Positions 11,109 through 25,904 of a stretch of 64,000 nucleotides of DNA are shown here, piece by piece. The notes below the pieces were generated by a model. It was given only the letters and a program-made list of their open reading frames with translations. It searched no databases and was not told the DNA's origin. Location of the stretch: positions 89,101 through 153,100 of the forward strand of contig OZ287708.1 in the NCBI GenBank assembly GCA_965649825.1, given 5' to 3'. This DNA is from Penicillus capitatus (taxonomy: Eukaryota; Plantae; Chlorophyta). Numbering within the stretch: position 1 is the first letter of the stretch; every line of letters starts with the position of its first letter. The translations under genes were made by a program, and so were the position numbers.

Positions 11109-14100
11109 ATGAGCTCCTCTTCTTCTGCACGATCTGTTCGAACAAACTCTGCCCATAAGCCAAAGAAGAAAAACGTCACGCGCCGAGCGCCTCTGAAAAA
11201 AACAGCAATAGAAGAAACGCCGAAGACCAACCAGGAGATCTCGATTGAAGACTTTCGCATTTTAGAACAGATAATAGAAAGGGCAGAAGAGAGTACAAGA
11301 GCGAAAGCATCAATGAACCGACAGCGTAGGTCTCGTTGAGGCAAAGCAGGTCGTTCAGGGACAATGCTATTACAGGACCCGTGGATCTCAGTTCAATTCT
11401 GCGTAGCTACGATATCGTCCTGAGACAAAACGGGCAATCCCCTGAAGAAGACACACAGTTCTACTGCATGCTTCTCAAAATGAGTCTGGATCCGGAGACG
11501 GATTGGAAAACGAAACTCGCAAAAGAACGATGCCAGTTATGCAGGTATCTTCTTTCTTTGCCGTTATCGATCGGCATCTCTGGTCGCACAGTTCTCATCT
11601 AAAGCAGTCATCTGAAACGTCATCTGCTTCCTTGAGCTCTCTACAGGAGACGGACTGTTCTATCCGGACGTCGTCAACGTCCAAGAGCGAGATTTCGTCG
11701 TTCGGTTTAACGATCTCGACCGTTTCGCAACGAGAGACGGAGGAATCGTTGGATGCAACGGATGTGACGCATGACACATCATTTCGCGCTCTGGCGTATA
11801 GATTTCGCCGATGGAGAGCACAGACATGCGATTTCGGACACGATCGGTTCGAACACCGTTGTGCGGAGTGCTGCTTTGACGTGTGGATGGCAGACGGGTC
11901 AAAGAAGAGGCAGACGCCAACCAAATCTTGGCTGAGTCGTTCTGGGAATACCATGCAAGTGCAAGAACGTTTCATCTCTGGTGGATGAGAGAAGCGAAAC
12001 TCCTGGCCGATGCACTGCAGTACTGGAACGCACGTCGGATGTCGAGTTGCGCCGCCAGATGGAAAGAGCATGCGGCATACAAACAGTTGACAAAACGGAC
12101 GGCCGTGATCTACAAGACCGAGCTGTATTTGAGGAAGGGATATGAAGCGTGGGTTGTAGAGGTGCGACACAGGAACACACTTAAGCCCCTTGCCATTGAG
12201 CAACACGTCTTTAATGTCAAGTAATGATACACAACCTCTGGCTGTCCGATGCACTTCTCTGTAGGAAAAGGACATTGTTACATTGGAGAGGGCACGCGAG
12301 GAAAGAGATTCGACTTGGGCAACAATTTCTTCTGGTGCAAGAGACGGTCGATCGGCATGACGTGGCATTCTTGTGGGAGGCGTGGAGGCGAAAGTGATGC
12401 TAAAAATTCAGCCGGATTGTGTGAGGGCTGTATCTTGAATGCAGGTACCTGTTGCAGCTGCGTCATGCTGACCTTCTGGGACAGGCTTTGTTGAGAATCG
12501 GCCAATGGAGAGCTTCTTGGGTACTGTCTGCATGGAAATGCTGTGTGGAAGAGAGAAAGCGTCGAGCCAGTCAGGTCTTGCATCCTCTTGACGATGCAAA
12601 GGGCAAAACGAATGATCCTTGCAGATCTTCCAAGCTGTGACATTGTGGAAGAGGTCGATAACGACTCGGGCATTCGGGCAGTGGAGAGGCTATACAGATG
12701 AGAAACAGTTGGTAACAACCAAAAATCGATTGTGACGGTTCCATCATGGAGAGCTACAGGAACGGAGCAAATGTATGGCCTATCTCGTGCGAATTCATCG
12801 CCGAGAGATATCCGCTGGGTTTGTTGCGTGGACATGCTATGTTGCCAAGAAGAAGAATGTTAAGCTACGAGTCCAGAAGGCTGCTGCATTCCTACTAGCA
12901 AATTCACAGGTAACACGTTCAATGCCTTGCTAAAATACATCGCACTGGACGGGTTGCTATACAGTCGAAGGCTTGGAATTCGTGGATTGCTTACCACAGA
13001 AGGAAGCGTCGAGAACGGAATCTACAGATCAGGTGTTTTCAGTTATTTGAGAGGAGGTAATTTCGCCCCTTACCCGTACGGTACATTCAAGTCATCCGCT
13101 GCTGCAGATCACTTATTATCTGTTTGGCCGATTGGAGAGCGTCTACTCAGGAGAGCTTAAATGTCAAAGAGGCATGCCAATGCCTTTTGCAGAAGACGAG
13201 GGATCGTTTTTTGAGTCTCGCGCTGCAAGAATGGCACAAATACATTCAACGGAAAACTTGGAATCGCTGTGTGGTCGAGACACGTGTTGCAAAAATGAAA
13301 ACAAAACTGATCTGCGCGGCTTTTCATGGATGGAGAGACAAGGCATCGCACTCTGGTAAACTGAAAGCAGATCTGTCTCGCTTTGCAGCAAAAACGCAAA
13401 ACACTTGTTTGGAAAAAGCATTCGAATTCTGGAGATGGTACACCCTCGAGAAGAAACGTTGCAAGTAATCTCCCTTGACAAAAGGAACTCACTGAATTCA
13501 CGAAGCACGTGTAGGGAGCTCCTATGTGGATGCCTGGAGAAGCTTAACAAGCGATCTCTTTCTGTCATGTTTGTCAATTGGAGATGCGCATCCATTGAAG
13601 CCATGCGACTCGCATGTGCAAACGATCACCTTTCAAAGTGCTGATGTGGTGTGGGTCACTCGACAAGAGATGTTTTACAGGTGTTACGAAGAAGAGCTCA
13701 TCGTCAGCGCTGTGCAACGATGGAAGGAGATGCATTTCAAGGAACAACGTTTCAGACAGGCTGCGGAATTCTTCGCTCATTCATCACTTATCGGCATCTT
13801 TCTAAACTGGAAGGTATATCTTTCGGTGATTACGGGACGCGTCATATCTATACCATGGGTTCGGATGTAGTCCGTTGTTGTTTATCAGAAGGAAAAGCGC
13901 TTTTGTCTAATGGCTATGAAAAGCAGAAAACTCGTTGCCTCCTTTCATTCGTGGAGAGACTGGGTGCGGTACAGAAGCGATGTGCATGTCAGACTGAACC
14001 AATGGTCGTTGCATTAACATGGATCAGTTAAATTTAACGTTTCAAGTGCTTTTAGCGTGCAGCGCCTGAAGCAACGGACAGTGTGCTTTACATTCTCAAG

Positions 14101-17100
14101 TTGGCAATCATGGGTCATCGCGCAGAAATTCAAACAGGCCTCTCTGCATAAGGCCATGACAATGCGACACCACCACACAGAGAAGAAGGCATGGGTCAGT
14201 TGGCGAGAGTGTATTTCAGAGAGACAGCAAAAGGGAGAGAAACTCTTTCGTGCAATTGTGCAGTGGGAAAATGCGACACTGCATAAAACCATACAGACCT
14301 GGAGAGAAGACGTCTGGGAGACGAACAAAGTTCTCAGCCACAAGTTAACATCGTTGCTGAAGAGATGGACAGCCCAGATTCTCTGGAGAACGTTAAATCA
14401 ATGGACACTCTATGCAGAGTACGAACAGACGAAGAGAGCTCAATGGGATTTGGCCGAGTCCTATGCGAAACGTCGCGTCTCTGCAACGGTTATCAGAGGA
14501 TGGATACAGATACTGGACGAGGAACAAACACTGCAGTCCGTTGCGCTGGAGTTTTTCGAGGGTCTGCTGCTTAGAACGAGGAGGAACTGTTTGAAGCAAT
14601 GGTACGATTACCGACAGAACAAGGAACAAGAGAGAAGAATGCTTGGCTATGCTATGGCGCGTTTTGTGTGCAAACGACAGTCGATGTGTTTTCATGCTTG
14701 GCGAGAGGCAATTCCGCTGCTACAGACACAGAAACAAAAATGGTTCCTAGCACTGTCGCACAGTGTTGGATGGCAACAACGGGCGATATTCACTGCATGG
14801 AAACAGTTTGTGTCGTATCAGGGGCAGTTAAGATCTCAGATAACGATCTACGTCAAGAGATGGCAGCAGTGCAAACTCCGAACAAGCCTTTTCTGTTTCA
14901 GGTCTATTGTCATTTAGTCGAGTCCAGAGTCATGATCTTGGAATTAGGTGTCATGTTGAATGGCGGAAGGTGAAAAGACGTGTCGTCGATGTGTGGATGC
15001 ACACCACTGAGATACGTGTGTTTCATGGCTGGAAAACATATCACTTGAACATGCGCACTCTACAATGCTGCTTGATAACGGCGGCGGAAAAATGGCAATG
15101 GAAATCCGCCCAGACTGTCATTCAGGAATGGAAGTCCTATGCCGTTTGCCAACAGAACAAGCGCCATAATCTGGACAGGTAATAAAGAGCCTGTTGCGGA
15201 TAGCCTCATCATCTTTTTCCACTTAGGGCCATGATTAAATGGACAGCGAGTTATCAGTCCAGAGCATTTAATGCTTGGAGGGAATATCACGTGTCTCGGA
15301 AGAACAAAGCGCATCTCTGCCTTGTTGCCTGTTGGCATGCCTCTCGAGAACTTGAGCGTCGTTGGCTCAGAAGCTGGCGACATTACAGCTCGCGGTCACG
15401 GCAAATGCAGCACGCGATGTTCAATGTCTCTTACATGTGGCGGTGTTGTCAGCTACGGTTGGCTCTCCGATATTGGAAGTGAGGAGAGATTGATCCATCT
15501 GTCTACTCTACAAACGGCGGTTCTGCAACAGAGAACGAGGGAATGACTGCCGAAACTCCCAGATTGGAGAAGAGTTCTGCCGAGGCCGTCGTCTCGCCTT
15601 TGCATTCCACTACTGGATCGAGTTAACGCTGTACAAACAGTACATCCGAGTGACACTGCAAGAAAGGCAGTCCGTCCGAGAGCACAGGATTCAACACATG
15701 ACCCTTTCCACTTGGAGGCATCTGACCCAGGACACTGCAAAACAACGATCCCTTCGTCAGGAAGCACTAGCGGGCGTGCGGCAATTGCATGCAGCTGCTG
15801 TGATTTCAGTCTGGATGGAGAAAAGCTGCTACTACAAGACACGGCAACAAACAATCAACAGTTTTACCTTCCGAATTGCACAGTGTGTCAAGGGACACGT
15901 GGTTGTTGCATGGAAGGAGTACACTACTTATCGGCAAAGTTGCCAAGCGAAGATGCATCAACTGCAGGACCGGATGTCCTTGCACCTTCTCTCGTCGGTT
16001 TTTGTGGGATGGAGGGAAACGGTAGGTATCCGGAAAGAACGCCAGAGAAAACTGGGCATAGCATTGAAGAGAACGCAACACGCGTCGCTGTCTCATGCGT
16101 TTGTTTCGTGGCGATCTTGGGCAGAAGAAGCTTCTCGGTTGACCACATTCTTCGCCCGGAGGCACCAGAATCTAATGAAAGAGATGCTTCTGCATTGGCG
16201 CAGTTGGTCGCATTATGACCGCGATCTGAAAAACAGATGCACATGGTTTCTCCGTCAGACTCAGCTCCGTGATCTCTCAAGCGTTCTCTCGAGCTGGTAC
16301 TTCTATGTCTTATATCGCCAAAACCTGCAGTCTGTGCTGAGCGACGCCTATTCAAAGCGCGAGCACTGTATGATGGAAACAACGTTTTGGGCATGGCAGC
16401 GTCACACAGAGGAGGCGAGAGCACGTGCACAGAAAGTTGAACAATGTCTGACGGCGAGGGGGCATCATCAGCTAGCGTCTTCCCTTCATTTCTGGATCCT
16501 TTTTGCTGGATACAGGCAAGAACTCAGATCCAAGGAGCTATCTATCCTGGAAGGGTCGCAAAGAAGAAGGCAGTCGGCGTTCTTCGTATCTTGGAGAGAG
16601 TACACTGAGTATGTGCGATGGATTCGGCCACGATTGTCGTCTTTCTCTATGATTCTCCAACGGAAATACATCCACCGAGTGTTTGCAAGCTGGCAGAGTT
16701 TTGTCATATGCCAAAGTGGAGCTCGTTGTATTTTGTTCCACATCAGAAGTCGCACAGTGATGGATAGCTTCCGCTCGTGGTTAGAGATAACGCAATGGAA
16801 TCGAGATCTTCGAGCTAAACTCAGCATCTGTATGGAGAATCTTCGAAAGAGAACGTTGTGCGTGGACTTTGGACATTGGAAGGCGTATGCATCGCAGAGA
16901 ATCGTACAGAACTGTAGGAAGAGAAGTGCAGACGAGCACTACGTCCAGACCAGTGTACATAAGGCATTGAGAGAGTGGTTGACAAGGTGCCGAACAGAGA
17001 AACGGGTTCTGGCATTTTGGCCCAGGCGAACGACTGCTAAGGTCCTGTCCATCAGTTACCGTGCAGACATACCCACTCATCTGTCTTTGCTGTTCAGGTC

Positions 17101-20100
17101 TTCTCAAACTGGAAACTGTACTGCGTATATCGCCAGAGATGTCGATTCCTAATGGATGTGATCGGCCGAAATCGGGCATCGAGACTCACGCAATCCGTTT
17201 TCTATTCGTGGAGTTATCACAGTAACCTGATGAAGACATCTCGAGAGGTAGGCTACGTATTCTGTCCAATGCCCATAGATCTCTGATGCGCATTTAGGTG
17301 TTCACTCATGTACAACACAGAGTTCTGTACAGATGCATTTGTGACTGGAAGACGCGATTCGAAGAGCTAAAGGAGAAGGGAGCCTTGACAGAGAAAGCCA
17401 CGTCCTATTGCTTAAACACGACTCTCGGAAAAACATTCCATCATTGGCACGAATGCACTCAGTATGCCATACACAAGCAACGCGTTGAGACAAACGCCAT
17501 TCGATTTCGCCTTCATCGCACACTCGAGTGCGCTTTTCGTGGATGGGGAATGTTTTATGTGTCCGCTGTCGAAAAGCAAGACCATATTGCAAAGGCAGTT
17601 CAACATTGGCGAATTTGGACACTTTTCTCCTCCTTTACTGAGTGGAAGGAGTACAAAGACGCATCCTCAGACAAACGGCGATGCACAGAAATGGCCATCC
17701 GTTGGTGGCACTGTGTGTCAACAGCATCGTGTTTCCGAACGTGGTATACATGTTTGGAGATCCACCGAACAGAGATGGACCGACGTGAAAGAGCCATCTC
17801 GCTGTGGATCCGAAATCTCGAACGAAGAGTTTTCTGCTATTGGGCCATGTTCCTTCAGAATCGACGCTACAAACAGTATATCACACTCGAGGCTCGACAG
17901 TTCCGGAAGAATCGGCAGATGACTTTGGCCTTTCATTCGTGGCAACTCGTCTGGCAAAATGCTCAGAAGAAGGTGATCGCGATTGGCCAAGCAATGCACT
18001 TCTGGCAAATGCATGCCCTTCAAAAAGGCATGTGGGGATGGCAAATGGGTGCGGTGAATTCTCAAATAAAACGCATGACGATCACAAGGGCGTTTTCTCT
18101 TTGGAGGAGTACCTATCTATCCAAGACGTTCTCGCATTGGAAAGGCTACACATCTTACAACTGTTTACTCAGGAGCCGCCTAACATCGAGTCTGCAGTTC
18201 ATGGAAATGCACGTGGCACAAACAACAATCGAAATGTGGAAAATATTCACCGTCCATTCGCTAATGAAGAAAGAAAGAATAACGTTGGCACTGCAGATGA
18301 TCAGGAAGCATCTTCAGTTAAAGGCTTTGAATGCCTGGATGGAATACGTCGATGATCGCCAAGTGAAAAGGCAGAACCTCGAAGCTGCCACACATCTGTG
18401 GCGCAATGCTATTGGACAGAAGGCGTGTCGAACGTGGAAGAGTCTAACAGCAGAACATGTGCAACTGAAAGAACTCCGACAGATGCTTCTACAGACATGG
18501 CAGCACAAGAAGCTGATGGAATCGTTTAGCGAATGGAAGGTGCCCAGCTAAGAAGCTCCTGGATTGGTGTGCTGAACTTTTTTGATCATAAGGTGTACAC
18601 GAATGGAAGACAAGAAACGAAAAACCGGCTCGAGGGATTCATCGCAAAGTTGACAACGGAGCGAATGTGGAATGCATTTGAAGTTCTGAGACAGTACCGT
18701 GAACAAAGAGTGCATAAGCGAATGGCTCTTCGACACTGGGAAGATACGATCCTGAGAAGGTAACCGTCAACACACTCTTCCGAAGCATCATGAGAGAAAT
18801 CCAGGTCCCTGGAGATCTGGCAAAGATATTCGGACGAACGCCGAGACAAGAAGACAAAATGCGAGATGGCGGCGCACTTCCTGTGGCATTACACCATGGC
18901 TTCTGCTTTTTGCGCATGGAGAGAGTATCGTTTTGACAGTGTTCACGGCAGAAAAGCACTGTTGTGGTGGCAACACTCCTCTCTTAAAGGTATGAGTAAT
19001 TCTGGATGCAGACATACGTCGAGAGACGGCTGCACAGGTGCATTTACGAAATGGGTGGAATACACGACGGAAAGGCAGAACGAAGCTGATCAAACAGCGA
19101 ATTCCCTTGCTCACTGGATGAACCAGTCAATGTCCCGAGCCTTTGAAAAGTGGATGGTGTACGTCGGCCAGAGACAGCGTCGCATGATTCTTATCCAAAA
19201 TGCGATCGCACATTGGGAACAGAACACCTTTGCCAAAGTGATGCTTAACAGAGCGAACACGATGTGCCACAGGGTTGGCTTTTCAGGTCCTTCTGACGTG
19301 GATCGAGTATGCCACTGCTGTACAAGAGAAGAGAGAGATGGTATGGCGTTGCGTACAGCGAATGTCCAGTCGCAAAATGACAATGGCTTTTACCTATTGG
19401 AAGGCGGTTGTGGAGAACAAGACATCCCTGAGACAGATTCAATGGGAATGCTCCATGCGGTTCAGCAGTAAGATGCTCGCCACGTCCTTTGCCGCCTGGC
19501 GAGAGACCACTGACTGGAAGATCTACAAGAGACATGTGTGATGAGGTCCATACAACACGGATCCCCATGACGGTGACATGGATAGGTCATATGGCAGAGT
19601 CTCTGCCGACTGAGGCGAAGACAGTTGTCGGAGGGTTGGAATCAATGGCGATCGTTTGTCGCGTGGAGAGAAAAGAAAAGATATGCCCAATGGCTCTCTG
19701 AAAACAAGAGGCGGCAATGTGCCTTTATCTCTATGCAGTACTACACACACCTGAAAAACGCGGAACACGATCTCCAAGCAAAGAGAAATGCAAGGTCGCT
19801 CAGAAAAGTGCTCACGTGGTATTGGAACGCTTTCTGAATTAGGTTGAAGTGCAAGGCATGGGAGGAATGGATGCGTTCTGTTGAGGATTGGCGCCTGCAA
19901 TGCATCCTTGCAGAGAATTGGCGGCTGGAGAAAGCCCACGAAAAAATGATGGACCCCAAAGGGGTCGTCTTGTATCACTGGACTGTTCATTTATCGTTGG
20001 CCAAATCCGTAGCTGCATTACGCGGCAGAGTCTGCACCAGCAGTCTTCGAGCGAGGTTCTTTGTATGGAGATACCATACTGAGCTCTTGCCAAGACTCAG

Positions 20101-22929
20101 AGAAATCTCCAATCGAGTTTGTCAGCAATGGCTGCATTCGACTCTACATGCTTGGAGGTCAGTCAGCCTCATGTCGCTCGCCTCTAAGGATATGCCATCT
20201 GTTTTGAAGGGAGAGGACAGAGAAGACAAGACAACAAGAAGAGGCCGTGACTGCGTTTCGACGATCGTTGTTGACGGACGATTCTGGCAGAATGGAAGTC
20301 GTCTCATCAGCCATTCGAAGATGGCAACGTCTCCCAGTCTCCAGAGCCTTCCATCATTGGCTTGAATTGTCAAGATCTAAGGTGTGGTGTGCATGGAATG
20401 ATCATTTAGTATGTGAAGGACTTCTGCTCTCTAGATTTTTCTTCGTGCATCCACTGAGATGGCCTTGAAGCATCTCTATCGCAGTCTGGCCTCGCGCGCT
20501 TTGATGGCTCTTCGGAAGCATGTCGATAAGAAATGGAAAAAGAGACATGCCGTTTCCTTTCGTCAGCATCAGTTACTTTCCTCATCTCTTCAGAAATGGA
20601 GGCTAAAGAGAGAGGTGAAAAACTCGTTGGCATGTTGTACTGCCTCCAAGTTCAATTCTTTCTCCAGATGGCTCACGCCAAGAGAAAGAGATCGGACCTC
20701 GCTGTGATGGCTTACGCACGCGTTCTTCTGTTAAAATCATGGACGGAGTGGAATGCATTCAGCAAAGGGAGGAAGCAAGAGAAGGCATTCCTGGCCAGAG
20801 CACAAGAGCAGCTGAGAACACATCGGATCACGGACCTCTTTCGACGATGGAAGAGATGGGTCGTCGAGCTGAAGCACCGAAGAGATGAAGCATGTCGCCT
20901 TGGACAAAGAGTTCACGATCTGCTTCTGCGACATCTGCTCATGGGTCAGTGTCTGGCATAGACGCATCTTTCCTTCTTCAAGCATCTCTTCCGCGAGTGG
21001 AGGCATCTGACAATCAGAAACACGATTCTTCTAGAGGGATTTCAAGTGAGGATGCCTGGACCAATTCCTGCAGCCATCGTTTTTTCTGCAGATCGTACAC
21101 CATCTCAATATCCAGAGAGTGTTGCACCGAACCTTCTCAGGATGGTTGTCGGAGGCAATGGCTTCCAAAACACGAAGGGTGCGACATTGTCTGAAGAGAT
21201 CGAGTTGAAAGACCTTTCTTAATGATGCAGATCGCATTGCACGATCATTTGATGAAATGGATGCCACGAAGACAACGACCATTGTTCGAAACTTGGTTCC
21301 AGATGGCGAGAGATGCAAGGACAGAAAGAGAGATCGAAGCTTTCTGCGATCGCCGACGGCAAACAACGACCTTCACTGGATGGAATACAGTGCTCCGGGA
21401 GATTAAGGAGAGCAGAGCAGATTTTTTGTATGCTGCCACACTTCTGAAAAGGTCCCGCACGTGTTTCACTCTGCCTTCTCTAAAGCATTTCATCCCAGGG
21501 CCGTTCTTGGTTGGATCTACTATTTAAGAGATCGTCAAACTGGACGTACCTTCAGGACACGTGCACAAAGCCATCGAAATCATCATCTCTCGTGCATTTC
21601 CTTCAGCGAGTGGCAGTACTCCGCCCTGCGACGAAAAGAGCTTCGACGGGTGGAGTCTGTTGTCTCTCTCCGATGGAATCTCGCCCAAATGAGACGTGTC
21701 TTTGCTGTGTGGAGACTGGATTGTCAGTCACTAAAACTCGACAGAACGAAACGTATCGTACGTGCACTGGATAGCTGGGAACAGTACGTGGACGCTCGAA
21801 GATTCAAACGCATCCAGAACAACAGCGCTTCGCAAAAAGCATTGGTTTCTCTCATGAAGCGATGGTTTGGCAAATGGAGATCCGAAACTCAGGACAGAGT
21901 TCTGAAACAGACAATCTTCGTTCAGAAACAGGAGGCCATTCGCACTGCCATCGAATGGGGAGATCGACATCTGCGACAGCAACAGCGACAAACGACGATG
22001 CAAATCTTCGTCGCGTGGAGAGCATTTGTCAATCGGAGAGCGCAAAAGGCTGCAGCACTGGATAGAGCCTGGCAACACTACGCCTGTTCGATTACACAAT
22101 CGACCTTCGATCAATGGCAAACACTAAAGCGAGATACGGCGATGTGGAGACATGAGCAAGAACGAGCAGCCGAGCAGCATTTTCGTCACCGTCTCGCAAT
22201 CTCGAGTCTCTGCGCGTGGGCTGACTACACTCGAACCCAATTCAGAAAGAGAATCGCGCTTGAAAACGTTCTCGAAAAGACGTGGCACAGAAAGGCAACG
22301 AATTCAAAGAGAGAGATGGTTGCTGCTTGGAAGCTGAGGACCCGACTGTCGAGAAATAGGCGCATCCAGGCAGACCTCATGTTTCGCACGCATACCAATG
22401 CCATTCTCCAAGTGCATTCTTCCCTCCCTCCCTCCCTCTACACTTCCCAGTGATAATCTTGTGACAGGACATCCTTTGGACGTGGGCGAGCTATACAAGA
22501 GCTATGCAGAATGATGTGACGTCCACAACTTTGGACAGCATTGGGCGTATCCCAGCGAAGAGAATGTCGTCGCTCTCGGCGTTGCTTCATTGGACACATA
22601 CAGAGGATGCCTCCACATCTAGACGCCTTGACAGCAAAGCGGCAGCGACGGCACCGAGTGGAGATCTTTCTGCGAACGACGATTCGAGAGGGCAACGCGA
22701 TTTCGATTCCGTTGAGACCGCGACATCTGACTCCAGTCGATGGCGGTCAGTCGAGACGATACCTCGCTTCTCGACATCGATCGTTGGTTTTAGGATCTTC
22801 CGCAGACGAAGCTCGACGGCAACAGAGGAGGACAGCGATCGGCTTCCTTCTCGAAGAAGATCTTCGACTGGAGAGTTGTTCTCAAGAATCATGACCGATC
22901 TGCGACGCCTTCGCAAAAGAATACATTGA
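11109..22929 (+). CDS. SFI1: Giant Sfi1-repeat (centrin-binding) protein with many short introns
   Basis: Consecutive exons carry tandem Trp-anchored helical repeats (F..W, H.....L...F..W). N-terminal ILRSYDIVL...EDTQFYCMLLKMSL resembles the Sfi1-family N-terminal motif. Short introns restore frame where checked (e.g. 12221-12263). The full exon map was not traced. Confidence 0.85.
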
Positions 22930-23113
22930 CTGACACTTCTCCTGTCTCCATCGTCAGCCGAAGGCCCGTTCGACACATTTTTTCAATTTTCTTTCTCAGC
23001 ACACTTTTGTGTTTTTCACAACAACGTTCATAAAAAACTGCAGAACTTGCAGAATACTGTATGTAGATTTACAGGATCTGAATTCTTTGCATCGTACATT
23101 GCCTCGGATCTGT

Positions 23114-25669
23114 TCAGTAGTTGCTGCCATTCTTTCGATGGTGCACTGCTGAGACGTCGCCTTTGTTTAGCACCTCCCCGCCTTCGACCGTTGCGTAGAC
23201 GATCCAATGATCTCCAGCTTCCATGCGTTCCTTTACTGTACATTCCACATAGGATACGGCATTGTGAATGACCACACAGCCTGTCTCTTCGCACACCTGT
23301 CACATCAATCATTCAACACACGACTCTCACGATCCGTCAGGAGGCGACACCTCAGTGACGAGGCCATCAAATCGATTCTGACCAGGATTGAAGGGCTTGA
23401 GCATATGTTTCATGATATCCAGTTCTTTTCCTTCTGCAAGGATATTCACATTGAAACGATTGCCCTCGAGTAAGACGTTCTCGACGGCACGATCGCGTTT
23501 GACAGCGATGGTGAGTCCAGGTGGATTGAAACTTGCTTGCGATACCCAGCTGGCCAACATGCCACTCTCTGCATCGCCGTCTTTGCCACTGATGACACAC
23601 AGAGATCCAACGATGCGACCAACGGCTTGAGAAGCGTCTGAGGCGGTTCGAGAACGCGACACGCCGATGGATTGCTTTTCACGTTTCTTTAGATTCTTCT
23701 CGACTTCTTGAGCCAAATCTGTGCCGCTCTCTTCGCATACTTGGAGATCCTGTAGATATATAGAAAGGGTATATGTGGAGTGTATGGATGGATGTACTTT
23801 GGCGGTCGGCTTCATTTTGACACGGATGGCATCGAAAGCAAATTTGAATCCGGCATCTCTCAGACGTTGCTCCATCTCGTCCACAGCCTCACCACTCCAC
23901 CCAAAGCTTCCAAATACACCACAAGGCAACTGTCTCGCCTGTGTATTACCGACGATTAACCCCAGGACTGTCTGAACCTGCGTCGGCAGGTGACCCCCAA
24001 GTGTCGGGCTCCCTTCACAAAGAGCCGTGTCAACCACGAGGGTGTTAGTGTAAAAAGCATACCGATGATGAATCCATCAATTTCGCCGAGCGCCTTTTCG
24101 ACGTCCGACAGTTCGGATGTCTCCAAATTGAATGTTTGGACTCCTAGTCCACTCTTCTGCATACCGTGGCTGATGGCCTACATCTCTGTATGTTGACGGT
24201 CCATGCTTCTGAACTCTGTCTCACCTGAGCAAGAGCAGCAGTGTTGCCATAGGCACTTGCATAGAACACAGCAATGGTGCCTTTTGTACTGCTCTGCTTC
24301 TTGATCCACTCGGCATAGTTCTCAACGAGTTCGTGTAGTGAATTTCGCACAACGGGGCCGTGCATTGGACAGATACCCGCTATTTCCCGTATCGCTTCTT
24401 CTTTCTCTTCCGTCTCCGATGCAGCAGGGGTCACCCACGACACCAGTCGACCAAACCAGTCCTGGATCGCTGGCAGCATTGAAGCAGATGCCGTTGAGAA
24501 GTTCAGTTGTTCCAGAGCTTTGGCGACCTGTAGAGCTGATGGCGCCAGCATGGTTTCAAAGAAATACTGCCAATCTGTCCCATACGTCTGCCATCCTCCG
24601 ACATCGAAAGCTGTATCCTGAACACATTGCCCCAGATCAAACCTCGTAAAACTCCGAAAGTGACGAAACAGATACCTTCACTTCTGTCAGTTCAGATGCC
24701 ACATGAGCAGAGAAGAGTTCAGACGAGAACAGAATCTTGCGTTGGGGAATGTAGATGGCAAGCATGTCTGGCCATCGAGGTGTGGCAGTCCGAATAAACT
24801 CAAAGTCCATATTCTCAGCAATCTTGATGGAACCACCAATTGGCGCCGCCATCAGTGTGCACTTGTTATAGATATCCGATTCTGTTCCCTCGTTATCTAA
24901 TAGCCAAAACAGAAGACAGTTGTGGGCGTGTGCCGTTCCAGTCATGCAAAAGGAGTTTGTTACCAAATGCGTTGCGCAAGAAACGGATTGCAGCAGCACT
25001 GGCAATGATATCAACTGGATTTGATCCATCTGCGTCGATCAAATGGATCAAAGATCTCAAAACGGGCAATGCATCGGGTTGAAGATGCGTAAGAACGATT
25101 TTGCCAATCCTCTTCGCCGCAATCGTTTTCTGCAGCGTCAAAACTTCACACATGAAGAAAGCACTCAGAAATGAACGCCGTTGTGATATCAGATGTACGA
25201 AAAGGAGATGAAAATGGCTCCGATGGTACATCGATGAGGACAGTCGCCTCTCGAGTGGCTCCCTTCACGAGATAAGCATTCTCAGTCGTGCCGCGTTTTC
25301 TCCCATACTCCACTTCGAATTTGAGACGCTCGAGACAGCTGCTGCGAATCGCCACCAGCTCAGAAGACACTTCGAATACTGATGCATTCCCCATCTGCTG
25401 TACCGCTCCTTTCTCCTGCACCACCCGAGTGCCCTCATGACTCGCCGGCAGTGCCGACGGCGGCTCACTTGTGTCGTTATCGACGACGTAGCTTCGCAGA
25501 CAGGATGGGACAAAATCGATCGCACACGCGAAAACTGTGGCTGAAAAGGAAGGGCGGCACCGTGCCGTGCAGGTGGCGTGTTTCGCGTTCCCGTGCGTTC
25601 GAACATTCCCGTCTTCGCCGTTCTCATTCGTTCTGCCGAAATCTGAGGTGTGATCGACGTTGTCGTCAT
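23114..25669 (-). CDS. FLVA: Chloroplast flavodiiron protein, FlvA/Flv1-type (beta-lactamase-like + flavodoxin + flavin reductase domains)
   Basis: RLKFEVEYGRKRGTTENAYLVKG, YASAYGNT, GVFGSFGWSGEAVD, SWVSQASFNPPG, GDHWIVYA. The diiron motif is non-canonical (THLQPDA for HxExDH; FSSELFSAH). An S/T/R-rich transit-peptide-like exon starts at 25669. Confidence 0.9.
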
Positions 25670-25904
25670 CGTCTTGGACCAAACCGGAACGGTACGGCAG
25701 ATACACGTCTGCCTTCGCTGTCGCCTCATCGGAAACAGCAGTGCAGAAATGTTTTAACCAGTCGATGCGGAATTCGGGGGTCTTTTGGGATAGGGTCAGT
25801 TTCTGTCAGGGTCTTTCGCCATCGCCATCATCCAAACGTCTCTTCCTCAAACTCTGTTCCCGGCGGAGACGCTTTGGAAACGTGTTCTCTGTTCGAGACA
25901 TGAT
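25670..25904. promoter_or_regulatory. Short divergent intergenic region; putative bidirectional promoter for FLVA and the CBM20 gene
   Basis: 235 nt between head-to-head start codons. No specific motif identified. Confidence 0.4.

Noticed and set aside
11595-22695. Numerous 60-260 aa minus-strand ORFs opposite the Sfi1-repeat gene
   Set aside because: Shadow ORFs of coding sequence, with no motifs and Ser/Arg/Cys-rich off-frame composition.
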